A stretch of DNA of 64,000 bases from Minisyncoccia bacterium. GTDB taxonomy: Bacteria > Patescibacteriota > Minisyncoccia > UBA6257 > 2-01-FULL-56-20. The translations under genes and the position numbers were made by a program. Below the pieces are notes generated by a model. The model made no database searches and was not told where the DNA came from. It worked only from the letters and a program-made list of their open reading frames with translations. Shown here piece by piece: positions 1 through 10,093 of this stretch; the first letter of the stretch is position 1; each line of letters starts with the position of its first letter. The stretch is taken from NCBI GenBank assembly GCA_050008535.1, contig JBEKML010000002.1, positions 24,732 to 88,731 of the forward strand, written 5' to 3'.

Positions 1-567
1 CAAGACGGTGGCATACACAAGCCCCAGCGAAAGATTCAGCGCTATCTTTTTGCGGGCGACGCCGAGCGCCCAATGGTAGCCGACGATCCCCGAGGTAAGG
101 GAATGGAGCAGGGTGGCGCCTACGAAGCGGAGTGAATCCATTTGGAATACGCTTGAAATGAAGGCGGTCCCGGAAAAGGCGGCGGGAAGGTTCGAGATCG
201 CGCCTATGTTCTCGAGCGTGGCAAAACCCAGAGCCGCCACGATCAGGTAGATCATCCGGTCAAGAGGGTCGTTAAGGATCGGACTTTTGCCGACCGCGAA
301 GTACGCCGCACCGAATTTCATCAGTTCCTCAATAAGGGCGAACACGAGAAGAGAGAAAATAGAGAGCTCCGCAATGCCCCACCCGGTTGCGGCGTGGTTG
401 AACATCTGCTCAAGGGCGATCGCGAAGAAGCCGAAGGCAACGCCGGCGAAAAAGGCGAGCACAATAAGACGCTTTGGTTCGGGGTGCGGGTCCTCGCTCA
501 AGTAAAAAATAAGCCACGCGAATCCCGGCAGGAGGCCGAAAACGAGCGCAATTACGAGCAGCGGCAT
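1..567 (-). CDS. PrsW-family intramembrane metalloprotease (partial, runs off the window)
   Basis: Manual translation MPLLVIALVFGLLPGFAWLIFYLSEDPHPEPK...IEELMKF...ALGFATLEN...LLHSL; the EE, FxxxE and H motifs of PrsW are present. Not in the ORF track because the stop is outside the window. Confidence 0.85.
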   Translation of the reverse strand, partial: MPLLVIALVFGLLPGFAWLIFYLSEDPHPEPKRLIVLAFFAGVAFGFFAIALEQMFNHAATGWGIAELSIFSLLVFALIEELMKFGAAYFAVGKSPILNDPLDRMIYLIVAALGFATLENIGAISNLPAAFSGTAFISSVFQMDSLRFVGATLLHSLTSGIVGYHWALGVARKKIALNLSLGLVYATVL

Positions 568-571
568 GTTT

Positions 572-2743
572 TTATTTTACCATTCCATCGCCCCGCCATG
601 CCTCTACCATAAGCATCGTTCCCGGACGGAAGATGCCGTAGATCTCTTCTGTCACGAACGGCATGAAGGGATGGAGCATTTTGAGCGATGCCAAGAGCAG
701 ATATTCAAGAAGAGCGTAGGATCCGGCTTTTTGCGCGGCATCTCCGTCGCGCAAAGCGATCTTTTCCGCTTCTACAATTTTGTCCGCAAGCGTGTGCCAG
801 ATATAGTGGTAGAGCTTTTCCGCGGCAAGATGGAATTCAAACGCCTCAAGATGCGCCGTTACTTCTGTTTTGAGCGCATCAAGCGCTTCTATCTCCATGC
901 GCCTCTCAATGGTGAATTTTTCCGGGTCCACGGGCGCTCCCTCCGCTGGTTTGTTCATATTGATGAACCGCGCGATGTTCCATATCTTTGTTGAGAAGTT
1001 CCGGTAGCCCCGGATGCGGTCTTCGGAAAGCTTAATGTCGCTTCCGGCCGAGGCGCCGATCACGAGCGAGAGCCGCGTAGCATCCGCGCCATATTTCTCC
1101 GCCATTGCGAGGGGGTCAATGCCATTGCCGAGCGACTTGGACATTTTCCGCCCCTTTGCATCGCGCACGAGGCCGTGCAAATATACTTCGCGGAAGGGGA
1201 CCGTGCCCATAAGACACGTGGACATAAGGATCATCCGCGCGACCCAGAAGAAGAGAATGTCATAGCCCGTTTCCAACAGTGAGTTCGGGAAATAAGTTTT
1301 AAGGTCTTTCGTTTTGTCCGGCCAACCGAAGACCGAGAACGGCCAGAGTCCGGAGGAAAACCAGGTGTCCAGAGTGTCGGGGTCCTGTGTCCATTTGTCG
1401 CCACGCGGCGGTTCAGTGCCAACGTAAACTTCTTCGCCCTTGTACCACACCGGGATCCGGTGCCCGAACCAGATCTGGCGCGAGATGCACCAGTCGTGCA
1501 AATGATCTATCCAGTTGAAATAGATCTTCCCGAAGCGGTCGGGGGTGATCTTCACGGCGCCGCTCGCTACGGCTTCACGCATGAGCTCTTTTGGTGTTTT
1601 TTCTTCGCCGTCCGCTGCCTTGAATTTTCTCTCGACTGCCACGAACCACTGTTTCAAGATCTGCGGCTCAATGATGCCTCCGCCGCGGTTGTTCGTCGCA
1701 ACGCGGTGGGCGTAATGCTCATCCACTTTTTCTATAAGCCCCTTCTTTTTTAATTTCTGGACGATGAGCGGCCGCGCTTTTTTGATGTGCATTCCGGCGA
1801 ACTCGCCTGCGATGGGGAGTAGCTTTCCGTTCAGATCAATGATTTGTTCCGTATCAAGATGGTGCCGTTCGGCGATCTCGAAGTCCGTCGTGTCGTGCCA
1901 CGGCGTGATGGTCATCACGCCCGTCCCGAACGCCATGTCAATTGACGGATCTTTCACGATCGTCGCCTTCACGGGGCCATTGATCCACTCAAGATCAATC
2001 ATTGCGCCGTGCTGGTATTTCTCGTACCGCTTGTCGTCGGGATGCATCACAACGTACTTGTCGCCGAATTTCGTCTCCGGCCGCGCCGTGGCGATCGTGA
2101 ACGGGCCGTATTTCAAGTAATAAAAAGGAGCCGTTTCTTCAATCCACTCCACTTCGTCATCCGAGACCGTCGTTTGCAACTGCGGATCCCAGTTCACGAT
2201 CCGGTCGCCGCGGTAGATAAGGCCCGTTTCGTACATCTTCTGGAATGCCGCGCGGACGGCGCGCTCGCGCGTGGCGTCGAGCGTATACGTTTCGCGGCTC
2301 CAATCAAGCGACGCACCCATCCGTTTCACCTGCTTCACGATCGTATCGTGGCTCTTTTTTGCGTACTCATGCACGCGCCGCAAAAATTCCTCCCGGCCGA
2401 GATCGTAGCGGCTTTTCTTTTCTTCTTTTGCGATCATTTTTTCCACGCGCGATTGCGTGGCGATCGCCGCATGGTCCGTGCCTGGGACCCAGAGCGTTCG
2501 CTTGCCGCGCATGCGATTCCATCGGACGAGAATATCTTCGATCACAAGCATCGCCGCATGTCCCATATGCAATTCTCCCGTCACATTCGGCGGGGGAAGT
2601 ATTATAGAGAATGGTTCCGCGTCCGCGGCCGTCACGCCTTTTTCCACGCATACATCCGGATTGAAATATCCCGACCGCTCCCATGCGGCCGCAATGCGGG
2701 ACTCCACTTCTTTTATGTCATAGCGCGGTTCCATGGCTGGCAT
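572..2743 (-). CDS. valS: Valyl-tRNA synthetase, short form without the C-terminal coiled coil
   Basis: PPPNVTG, HMGH, GTDHA, DWCISRQ, DTWFSS and KMSKS motifs. Confidence 0.97.
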   Translation of the reverse strand: MPAMEPRYDIKEVESRIAAAWERSGYFNPDVCVEKGVTAADAEPFSIILPPPNVTGELHMGHAAMLVIEDILVRWNRMRGKRTLWVPGTDHAAIATQSRVEKMIAKEEKKSRYDLGREEFLRRVHEYAKKSHDTIVKQVKRMGASLDWSRETYTLDATRERAVRAAFQKMYETGLIYRGDRIVNWDPQLQTTVSDDEVEWIEETAPFYYLKYGPFTIATARPETKFGDKYVVMHPDDKRYEKYQHGAMIDLEWINGPVKATIVKDPSIDMAFGTGVMTITPWHDTTDFEIAERHHLDTEQIIDLNGKLLPIAGEFAGMHIKKARPLIVQKLKKKGLIEKVDEHYAHRVATNNRGGGIIEPQILKQWFVAVERKFKAADGEEKTPKELMREAVASGAVKITPDRFGKIYFNWIDHLHDWCISRQIWFGHRIPVWYKGEEVYVGTEPPRGDKWTQDPDTLDTWFSSGLWPFSVFGWPDKTKDLKTYFPNSLLETGYDILFFWVARMILMSTCLMGTVPFREVYLHGLVRDAKGRKMSKSLGNGIDPLAMAEKYGADATRLSLVIGASAGSDIKLSEDRIRGYRNFSTKIWNIARFINMNKPAEGAPVDPEKFTIERRMEIEALDALKTEVTAHLEAFEFHLAAEKLYHYIWHTLADKIVEAEKIALRDGDAAQKAGSYALLEYLLLASLKMLHPFMPFVTEEIYGIFRPGTMLMVEAWRGDGMVK

Positions 2744-2855
2744 CGATAATATCTGGATTATAGGGGATTTTTTTGCGGAAGGGAAACTATTTCGCGCCGG
2801 ACAGCGTATACTATATAATAGGTAAACTACAAAGGTCGTTTTAATTTCTCATTTT

Positions 2856-3164
2856 ATGGAAGAACAAAAAGATAAGAAGGTTTGCGGGTGCGGCGGGTGT
2901 ACCTGTATGAGCGGGTGCGGATGTGGGTGCGGGTGCGGTATGAGCGGGTGCGGCCATCGGCATGGCCGGATCATCCTGCGGATCGTGATTGCGATCATCG
3001 TAGTCGTCGTGGCGTTTTCGATCGGCGTAAAGCTCGGCGAACTCCGAGGGGCGTACAATGGTGGCTACTACGGGGAATACGGCCGTGGCTACCGGATGAT
3101 GGGGTACCCGATGATGAATGGTTACTACGGGGCGCCGACGGCAACGTCGACACCGACGAAGTAG
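2856..3164 (+). CDS. Small membrane protein with a Cys/Gly-rich N-terminus and Tyr/Gly/Met-rich C-terminus
   Basis: CGCGGCTCMSGCGCGCGCGMSGCGH followed by one TM helix; upstream -10-like box and downstream terminator. Confidence 0.75.
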   Translation: MEEQKDKKVCGCGGCTCMSGCGCGCGCGMSGCGHRHGRIILRIVIAIIVVVVAFSIGVKLGELRGAYNGGYYGEYGRGYRMMGYPMMNGYYGAPTATSTPTK

Positions 3165-3183
3165 GCGGGCGAGCAAGGCAAGC

Positions 3184-3216
3184 CAAAAAACCGGAGCTTC
3201 ACGCTCCGGTTTTTTG
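3184..3216 (+). terminator. Intrinsic terminator (bidirectional-type)
   Basis: caaaaaa-ccggagc-ttcac-gctccgg-ttttttg. Confidence 0.85.
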
Positions 3217-3245
3217 TTGCGCCACTGTGTTATATAATAAAGGCA

Positions 3246-4082
3246 ATGGCAGACGAGGCCCCGAAAGCGGCAAAAATAGCGATGGATCCGGTCGGTGCGC
3301 TCTTTACGGGCGCGTGGCGGCGCTATGGAGAGCGTTTCTGGACGCTCGTGTGGATATTTTTCATACCAAGCATCCTCCTTTTATTAGGACGATTGTTTTT
3401 GGAAGGAGGAACGCCGCCGCGGATACTTGTGGGCGGTATTCTTTCATTGATTGGTTCGCTCGTCTCCATCCCGGCTTCACTTGCACTTGTGAACGCTCTC
3501 GCGCACGGGACGGATTTTACGATGTCGTATCGCGTGGGGCTGAAGCTTTTCTGGCCGGCGGTGTGGATATGCATACTAGACGCTCTCGCGGTCGTCGGCG
3601 GGTTTGCGCTTTTGATCGTTCCCGGTATCATCTTGAGCGTCGCGCTTATGTTCGCGAATTACACGCTCGTCGTTGAAGACAAGCGCGGAATGCATGCGCT
3701 CATGCAAAGCAGGGGATACGTAAAAGGATATTGGTGGGCGATCTTGGGGAGGGGTATCCTCCTCGGCGCGATCTTTTTGGGCGTGCTCCTCCTTGTGTAT
3801 CTGCCGCTCGCCCTGCTTCTCGGCAAAACGATCGGCAACGTGATATACCTCGTCCTCCTTTTATGCTTTACGGCGTTCGGCGTTTGCTACTCCTACGAAA
3901 TGTACGCAAATCTAAGGAGGCTCAAAGCGGGCGCAATGGAGGAGGCAGTAAAAGGCAAAAATGGATTTTTGAAGGTCTGCATGGCGGTCGGTGTTCTTGT
4001 TGTCCTCGTTATTCTTTTTCTCGTCGTCATCGGGGTGTTGTGGACTGGCGTGCCACAATCATCAAACGTCATCAAATCGTAA
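3246..4082 (+). CDS. Multi-pass membrane protein of a type common in CPR genomes (resembles the glycerophosphodiester phosphodiesterase membrane domain)
   Basis: About 7 TM segments; LLIVPGII...AL..S..YVKGYWW pattern. Confidence 0.75.
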   Translation: MADEAPKAAKIAMDPVGALFTGAWRRYGERFWTLVWIFFIPSILLLLGRLFLEGGTPPRILVGGILSLIGSLVSIPASLALVNALAHGTDFTMSYRVGLKLFWPAVWICILDALAVVGGFALLIVPGIILSVALMFANYTLVVEDKRGMHALMQSRGYVKGYWWAILGRGILLGAIFLGVLLLVYLPLALLLGKTIGNVIYLVLLLCFTAFGVCYSYEMYANLRRLKAGAMEEAVKGKNGFLKVCMAVGVLVVLVILFLVVIGVLWTGVPQSSNVIKS

Positions 4083-5151
4083 GATCTCCCCGGGCCGCAA
4101 GGCGGAATCGTTTCTTTCTAAGATGCGCCAGGTAGCCGGCGGCGCCGATCATTGCGGCGTTGTCCATGTTGTATTTAAAGTCGGGGACGAAAAATCCGGC
4201 GCCCACGAGGCCTGCCGCGCGGGCAAGGGCTTTTCGAAGGTGCTTGTTCGCCGCCACGCCGCCAGAAAGGAGAATTGATTCCGCTCCGCGTTCCTGCGCG
4301 GCCCTCTTTGTTTTTGCGACCAAGACGTCCACTGCCGCCTGCTCGAATCCCGCGGCCACATCCGCTTTTTCCTTCGCACTCGGTGCGCGCTTCATGTCCC
4401 GGAGATAATAGAGGACCGCGGTTTTCAAGCCGGAGAAACTGAAGTCGTAGTTCTTGTCGGTAAGCATCGGCCGCGGGAAGGTGATGGTAAAAGGATTTCC
4501 CCGCGCGGAAAGCTTCTCTATTTCCGGGCCGCCGGGGTAGGGGAGACCGAGCAGCCGCGCCACTTTATCGAATGCTTCGCCCGCCGCGTCGTCGCGCGTT
4601 TCGCCGAGCCGCCGCCATTTTGCGAGAGATTCCACTTCCAAGAGGATCGTGTGTCCGCCTGAAACGATGAGCGCGACGGCGGGGAAGATCACCTTCTGAA
4701 TAAGGGCCGACGAGTAGGCGGTGGACGATCGGGAGGGCAAGAGGAAGCTATAGAGGTGCCCCTCAAGATGGTTTGCGCCGACAAGCGGTTTCTTATGTTT
4801 TTTTGCGAGTTCTTTTGCAAAGCCGATACCCGTCCAGAGCGCCGGTTCGAGTCCGGGGCCGACGGTCACCGTAATAAGATTTATCGAGCGCCACAGGCGC
4901 GCTTCCTGCGCGGATCCCGGCGCTCCAAACATCTTTTTATAGAGCACGGGAAGATTTTTGAGATGTTCGCGCTTCGCGAGGTTCGGCACCACGCCGCCGA
5001 ACGGCCGGTGGATCTTTATCTGCGACGCGACCAGGTTTTTATCTATTATAAAACGCGGCATGGCACCGCCCCGCGCGTGCAAGCCGCCCGTCGCGCGGAG
5101 GAGCGCAATGCCGGTCTCATCACAAGAAGTTTCGATCGCAAGAATTCTCAT
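4072..5151 (-). CDS. tsaD: tRNA threonylcarbamoyltransferase TsaD
   Basis: IETSCDET, NHLEGH, VSGGHT, TRDDAAGEAFDKVAR, DNAAMI motifs. Confidence 0.97.
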   Translation of the reverse strand: MRILAIETSCDETGIALLRATGGLHARGGAMPRFIIDKNLVASQIKIHRPFGGVVPNLAKREHLKNLPVLYKKMFGAPGSAQEARLWRSINLITVTVGPGLEPALWTGIGFAKELAKKHKKPLVGANHLEGHLYSFLLPSRSSTAYSSALIQKVIFPAVALIVSGGHTILLEVESLAKWRRLGETRDDAAGEAFDKVARLLGLPYPGGPEIEKLSARGNPFTITFPRPMLTDKNYDFSFSGLKTAVLYYLRDMKRAPSAKEKADVAAGFEQAAVDVLVAKTKRAAQERGAESILLSGGVAANKHLRKALARAAGLVGAGFFVPDFKYNMDNAAMIGAAGYLAHLRKKRFRLAARGDLTI

Positions 5152-5280
5152 GGTTCTGTTTTTATATCATGCGGCAGGAGGGGACGGACCGCAACCGGCT
5201 ACTTGACAAAATGGACATTTATATGTTAAAATAACAGTAGCGGTAAGCATTCAAAATCCAACGATTTCCAGTGAGGCGAC

Positions 5281-5910
5281 ATGAAAAACATAGTGATGGT
5301 TCTCTTGTTGGCGGCGGCATCGCTGTCCGCCCAACACACGATTTCGGTGTTCGGGCACACGCCCGGAATCGATCTCCGTATCCTCAACGACACAACAGAC
5401 AAAGCTCCGCTCCAACTCACGGTGAACAGCCGTGATGTCCGTGGGTTCCTGCTTCCCGGCATGGACCCGTGGAGAGGCCACTACGGATCAGGCTACGGGG
5501 ACGTCCCGATCGTGATCCGTGCGTGCGCGGCGATCGCGGAACGCACCGTCAATCTTGCCCCGCCACGGTGGGCAGCGGACGAGGGGTTGGTGGGCGGACT
5601 TGCACTGACCAAGGAGTATCTTGCAGGTCAACCATCCGAACCGGACCTGAAGAAACGGGTTGAGCAACTCGAAAAGAAGCTCAGCAAGCGCCTCGGCCAC
5701 AGGGAGATGATCGCAGAGCTTCACGACTGGTTCAATGCCGTGAAGCATCTCGGCATCAACCGCAGTGTCCAAGTTTGCGGGAACCCCGTGACCCTCACGG
5801 CCTTAGTGCATGTCCAATACAACCTGTACGAGCGTCGCACTGTGATGCTCGTGGTCCGTGGAGATCGCAAGCACGGCTACCGGGTGAATGGACCCAGGGA
5901 CGCCTATTAG
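5281..5910 (+). CDS. Orphan secreted protein
   Basis: Signal peptide MKNIVMVLLLAAASLSA-Q; TTGACA...TAAAAT promoter upstream, GAGG SD, downstream hairpins. Confidence 0.7.
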   Translation: MKNIVMVLLLAAASLSAQHTISVFGHTPGIDLRILNDTTDKAPLQLTVNSRDVRGFLLPGMDPWRGHYGSGYGDVPIVIRACAAIAERTVNLAPPRWAADEGLVGGLALTKEYLAGQPSEPDLKKRVEQLEKKLSKRLGHREMIAELHDWFNAVKHLGINRSVQVCGNPVTLTALVHVQYNLYERRTVMLVVRGDRKHGYRVNGPRDAY

Positions 5911-6144
5911 GCAATACGCGCGATCGACCCCAGAAGGCGATCGCGCGAACACTTGAGTTTAGTACTTGGGTAGTAAACTGAAGTGTTCAAGAGGAAATAT
6001 ATAAATAAATATGTGAATGGGCAGCTCGCGGTGTCCACTATTGACAAGCTTATATATCTATGATAATATTTCAATTAGAACGTATCGCGGGCCGATGGTG
6101 AGTAAAACTTACCACGCTACCCAGCGAACGAACAGGAGACTGAC

Positions 6145-6615
6145 ATGTACATATGGTTGACGGCCAAAGGCGAAGAGACGCTTCGGCAACTCAAGACGGA
6201 AGGCAGAATCGGGGAGCTGAAAATCGAGACTCACAGGAACTCGGGCCTGCGATATGTCCCGGTTTCAGACGAGATCACGGATCCGACCGCTACGCTGATC
6301 CCGCAAAGCGTGATTGATCACGTGACGCTGGACGGAAGAATCCAAGAGGATCTCCGGCCGCAAGGAATCTACGTGCGGGGCGGCGCGACGGCGCAGGTGG
6401 AGACCGTAAGGAACGTTGTTGGGGGCTACGGCAACAATTCGCCTATGGTTGATCGCTACCAGATGGTCCGCGTTGTCGCCAAAACCGTGAGGGCGGCGAG
6501 GGCGATTTATTCGAAGGTCCGCTCCGGAGAACTCAAGCCGAAGCACAACTGGACGGCGGGTGCTGACCGCTCGGGGGTCACCGACGCTGCTGGTGCCGAG
6601 ATCGGCGATCAGTAA
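6145..6615 (+). CDS. Orphan hypothetical protein
   Basis: AGGAG SD, TTGACA promoter at 6041, terminator directly after the stop. Confidence 0.7.
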   Translation: MYIWLTAKGEETLRQLKTEGRIGELKIETHRNSGLRYVPVSDEITDPTATLIPQSVIDHVTLDGRIQEDLRPQGIYVRGGATAQVETVRNVVGGYGNNSPMVDRYQMVRVVAKTVRAARAIYSKVRSGELKPKHNWTAGADRSGVTDAAGAEIGDQ

Positions 6616-6624
6616 CCGCAAGCA

Positions 6625-6654
6625 GAAGGGTTAGCTCAGAGGAGCTAACCCTTC
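6625..6654 (+). terminator. Hairpin terminator
   Basis: gaagggttagctc-agag-gagctaacccttc, a 13-bp perfect stem. Confidence 0.65.
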
Positions 6655-6796
6655 CAAATATGAGTTTATAATTATTTGTAATTTCATATTTGGACTGAAT
6701 GTTGGTGTACTACGTCTCCATCAGATCTTCCGGCGACCAGGTGATCTTCTCGCCGTCGACCCACCCCTCCGTTCGATTCCCCGTGAGCGCCAACGG

Positions 6797-6870
6797 CAAG
6801 AAAAATACAGAGGGGCTTTGAAGAGAGCCCTTCTGAGTACTCGATTCAAAGCCCCTCTGTATTTTTCTTG
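6797..6870. repeat. tRNA-associated long hairpin, copy 1
   Basis: 26-bp perfect inverted repeat (6797-6822 / 6845-6870); core shared with 14415-14484. Confidence 0.9.
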
Positions 6871-6945
6871 TGGTAGCCCCACCGGGAATCGAACCCGGAT
6901 TTACGCCGTGAAAGGGCGCCGTCCTAGCCATTAGACGATGAGGCC
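6871..6945 (-). tRNA. tRNA-Glu(TTC)
   Basis: Cloverleaf; anticodon arm GCGCC-CTTTCAC-GGCGT; GGTTCGATTCCC T-arm; encoded CCA. Confidence 0.95.
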
Positions 6946-7029
6946 ATCGCAGCAGAGTGCCGCATCCTTGCTATAATATAATAGAGTCGTATATTTTGAA
7001 AGGTCGGTTTGCTTCATTCGTTAAAATCT

Positions 7030-7434
7030 ATGCTTTCTGTCTTCTTTTTTTACGGCGGCTTGGGAGTGCTTGCGTTGCGTCTTGCGCTCGGCGTGATTTT
7101 CCTTGCGCATGGGTGGCCGAAGCTTCGGCATCTGCAACAGACGGCAGTTGAGTTCGACGGGCTGGGCTTCAAGCCGGGCAGGTTCTGGGGGACGCTCGTC
7201 GCGCTCCTTGAATCTTTCGGCGGCATCGCGCTTATCCTTGGATTCTACACACAGACCTTCGCGGTGCTTTTCGCGCTCGAGTTTATCGCGATTGTCGTGC
7301 GGAAGCTTATAAAGAAACAGCCGTTCGTCGGCGGCTGGGAGCTTGACCTCCTTGTCCTTACCGCATTCCTCGTGCTCGCCCTGAACGGCGGCGGCGCCTA
7401 CTCGTTTGACCGGGCTTTCTTCCTTGGATGGTAA
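7030..7434 (+). CDS. DoxX-family membrane protein
   Basis: LRLALGVIFLAHGWPKL, E-x-FGG, GGGAYSFD. Confidence 0.9.
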   Translation: MLSVFFFYGGLGVLALRLALGVIFLAHGWPKLRHLQQTAVEFDGLGFKPGRFWGTLVALLESFGGIALILGFYTQTFAVLFALEFIAIVVRKLIKKQPFVGGWELDLLVLTAFLVLALNGGGAYSFDRAFFLGW

Positions 7435-8957
7435 AACGGTTTTTTGAGATCCTGCCTGGGGCGCTCGCTTGGGCAACGATCATCTTCATGTTTTTGTTTT
7501 CGTGGCTTCTCCCCGCGTGGGTTTCGATTTTCATCATCCTTTTCGACGTCTACTGGCTTTTGAAGACCATCTATCTTTCGCTCCATCTTCGCGCGACGTT
7601 TTCGCAGATGAAGAAAAACATGGCGGTGGATTGGCTTCTGCGCCTAAACGAATCGAAGGGCGTTCCCCGATGGGAAAATATTTATCACCTCGTGATCCTC
7701 CCGATGTATCACGAACCGTACGAAGTGGTGAAAGAGAGCTTTGCGCGCCTTTTTGAAACGCATTATCCGAAAGAAAAATTATTGGTGGTGCTTGCGCTTG
7801 AGGGGCGCGCGGGCAGGGCGGCGGAGGAGGTGGGAGAGCGGATCAAAAAAGAGTTCGGCGGAAAATTTTTCCGCTTTCTTGTAACGACTCATCCTGCGGA
7901 CCTCCCCGGCGAGATCCCAGGCAAGGGATCCAACGAAACCTGGGCGGCGCTGCGGGCGAAGGAAATCCTGCTTGATCCGTTGCACATTCCCGCGGAAAAC
8001 ATTCTTGTTTCGGTCTTTGACGTGGATACGCAGGTCTTTACTGAATATTTCAGCCGGCTCACCTACGTGTTTCTCACAGCGCAGAATCGCTTGCGCGCCA
8101 TCTATCAGCCGATCCCGCTCTTTACGAACAACATCTATGAGGCGCCGGCATTGGCGCGGGTGGTCGCATTCTCCACGACCTTTTGGCAAATGATGCAGCA
8201 AGCGCGCCCGGAACGCCTGACCTCTTTTTCTTCCCAATCCGTGCCGCTCAAGGTATTGCTTGATATCGGATTTTGGCAGAAGGATATTGTCTCAGAGGAT
8301 TCGCGGGTTTTTTGGCAATGCTATTTGCGCTATCACGGCGACTTCCGCGTGGAGCCGCTCTTATATCCCTTGTCCATGGACGCGAACGTGGCGCCCACCT
8401 TTTGGGCTACCATGAAAAATCTTTACAAGCAGCAGCGGCGGTGGGGATGGGGGTGTGAGAACATTCCGTACATGCTTCAGGGGTTCCGGCGCGATCCGCA
8501 GATCCCGTCCGGGAAGAAACGCTACTGGAGGTTCAACGTACTGGAAGGATTCCATTCGTGGGCGACAAATGCACTTATGATCTTTGCCCTGGGGTGGCTT
8601 CCGCTTTTTCTTGGCGGCCGACATTTTACCGATACGCTTCTTTCTTACAACTTGCCGCGGATCACGCGGTTCATCATATCGCTTTCCATGATCGGTATCG
8701 TGAGCTCCGCGATCTTGGGCATCCTTCTTTTGCCGCCAAAAACAAAAGGGCTGCGCGCCCGCAATTATCTTGTCTATTTTTTACAATGGGCCCTTATGCC
8801 TCTTACGCTCATCATCTTCGGCGCCTTCCCCGGGCTTGAAGCGCAGACGCGGCTCATGCTCGGCGGTCGCTTCCGCCTGGGCTTTTGGGTTACGCCCAAG
8901 GGGCGTAACCCAAAAGGGGAAGAGGGACCGGGGAAACATGATAAAATAAAGCAATGA
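7428..8957 (+). CDS. GT2-family membrane glycosyltransferase
   Basis: GKGSN, FDVD (DxD), SED and QQRRW motifs with flanking TM helices. Confidence 0.88.
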   Translation: MVKRFFEILPGALAWATIIFMFLFSWLLPAWVSIFIILFDVYWLLKTIYLSLHLRATFSQMKKNMAVDWLLRLNESKGVPRWENIYHLVILPMYHEPYEVVKESFARLFETHYPKEKLLVVLALEGRAGRAAEEVGERIKKEFGGKFFRFLVTTHPADLPGEIPGKGSNETWAALRAKEILLDPLHIPAENILVSVFDVDTQVFTEYFSRLTYVFLTAQNRLRAIYQPIPLFTNNIYEAPALARVVAFSTTFWQMMQQARPERLTSFSSQSVPLKVLLDIGFWQKDIVSEDSRVFWQCYLRYHGDFRVEPLLYPLSMDANVAPTFWATMKNLYKQQRRWGWGCENIPYMLQGFRRDPQIPSGKKRYWRFNVLEGFHSWATNALMIFALGWLPLFLGGRHFTDTLLSYNLPRITRFIISLSMIGIVSSAILGILLLPPKTKGLRARNYLVYFLQWALMPLTLIIFGAFPGLEAQTRLMLGGRFRLGFWVTPKGRNPKGEEGPGKHDKIKQ

Positions 8958-10093
8958 AAGTCCGCCGGGGGTTTACTATCATTGAACTTCTGATTTTTGC
9001 CGCTATTTTTTCTTCTATCATGGCGGGGCTTATCACCGTGCTTATTACCATGACGCGCGTGCAGAGCCGCCAATCGTCGGCGACCGACGTGGAAACACAG
9101 GGACAATTCTTGCTCCAGCAATTTCAGTATTACATACAAACGGCACGGCTGGTCGATATGGTGCAGGATGCCGCGGCGGGGACGCTCAAGCTCCGGGAGC
9201 TAACCTTGGCACCCGATCCCACCTTCGTTACGCTTGCCACGGGGACAGTATATCTTCAGCAGGGCCTTGGCGGAGCGCTCCAGCCCTTGACCTCGAACAA
9301 GGTGACGGTATCCAACCTTTCGTTTATAAGGCATTACAATCTCAATAGTTCCTCAACGGCGTACGGCGTCGATTCGGCATCGTACTCTTTCACGGTATCA
9401 GCGAATACTTCAAATACTACTCAGCAATATTTCCAAAAGTTCCAATCGTCTGCGGCGGTTACGGCGCCCGTTCCCAAAATTGCCCTTATGCAGCAGACGA
9501 GCACGCTTGTTTACGGAACGAGTACGAACATGGCGGGGACCTATATAGGCAATAATGCCACGGGGAGTTTGCTCGTTGCGGTCGTTGTGAACACTAATCT
9601 CGTTTCTATTTCGATCGGGGACACCGCGGGCAATGCATGGAGCAACATAGCGAGCACGACGTACGCGGCATACAATCAGAAGATCACTATTTTTGCCGCG
9701 GCCAATGCGCGCAACAGCTCGAACACGGTTACGGCAACCCTCGGGGGAAGCGGCGGGTATAATCCTTCACTTTTTCTCTATGAATATCGCAGTGCGTCGA
9801 CCTCTTCTTTGGTCGATGCTTCCTCTACCCAGACGCAGTCAAACGCGACGGCCATATCGAGCGGTCCGGCGACGCCGACCTCGAATGTCGAGCTTGTCTT
9901 CGGCGTGATGTACCTGAACACGTGGCCGGCAACCCCGCCCGTAGCCGGATCGGGGTTCACCATAAAATCCTCCTCAAGCGCGAGCAATACCTTTATTGAA
10001 GATAAAAATGTTTACGTGACTGGCCCTGTGGTTGCCGACTGGGCGCTCTCGCAGGCGGCAAGTTCGTCCGCGACCGTCGTCACGTTCAAGTAA
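8954..10093 (+). CDS. Type IV prepilin-like protein with a Ser/Thr-rich C-terminal domain
   Basis: RRG|FTIIELL class III signal peptide. Confidence 0.88.
   Translation: MKVRRGFTIIELLIFAAIFSSIMAGLITVLITMTRVQSRQSSATDVETQGQFLLQQFQYYIQTARLVDMVQDAAAGTLKLRELTLAPDPTFVTLATGTVYLQQGLGGALQPLTSNKVTVSNLSFIRHYNLNSSSTAYGVDSASYSFTVSANTSNTTQQYFQKFQSSAAVTAPVPKIALMQQTSTLVYGTSTNMAGTYIGNNATGSLLVAVVVNTNLVSISIGDTAGNAWSNIASTTYAAYNQKITIFAAANARNSSNTVTATLGGSGGYNPSLFLYEYRSASTSSLVDASSTQTQSNATAISSGPATPTSNVELVFGVMYLNTWPATPPVAGSGFTIKSSSSASNTFIEDKNVYVTGPVVADWALSQAASSSATVVTFK

Noticed and set aside
6765-6795. tRNA T-arm-like fragment GTTCGATTCCCC as an attR site or extra tRNA
   Set aside because: No cloverleaf; it is opposite in orientation to tRNA-Glu and the match is too short.
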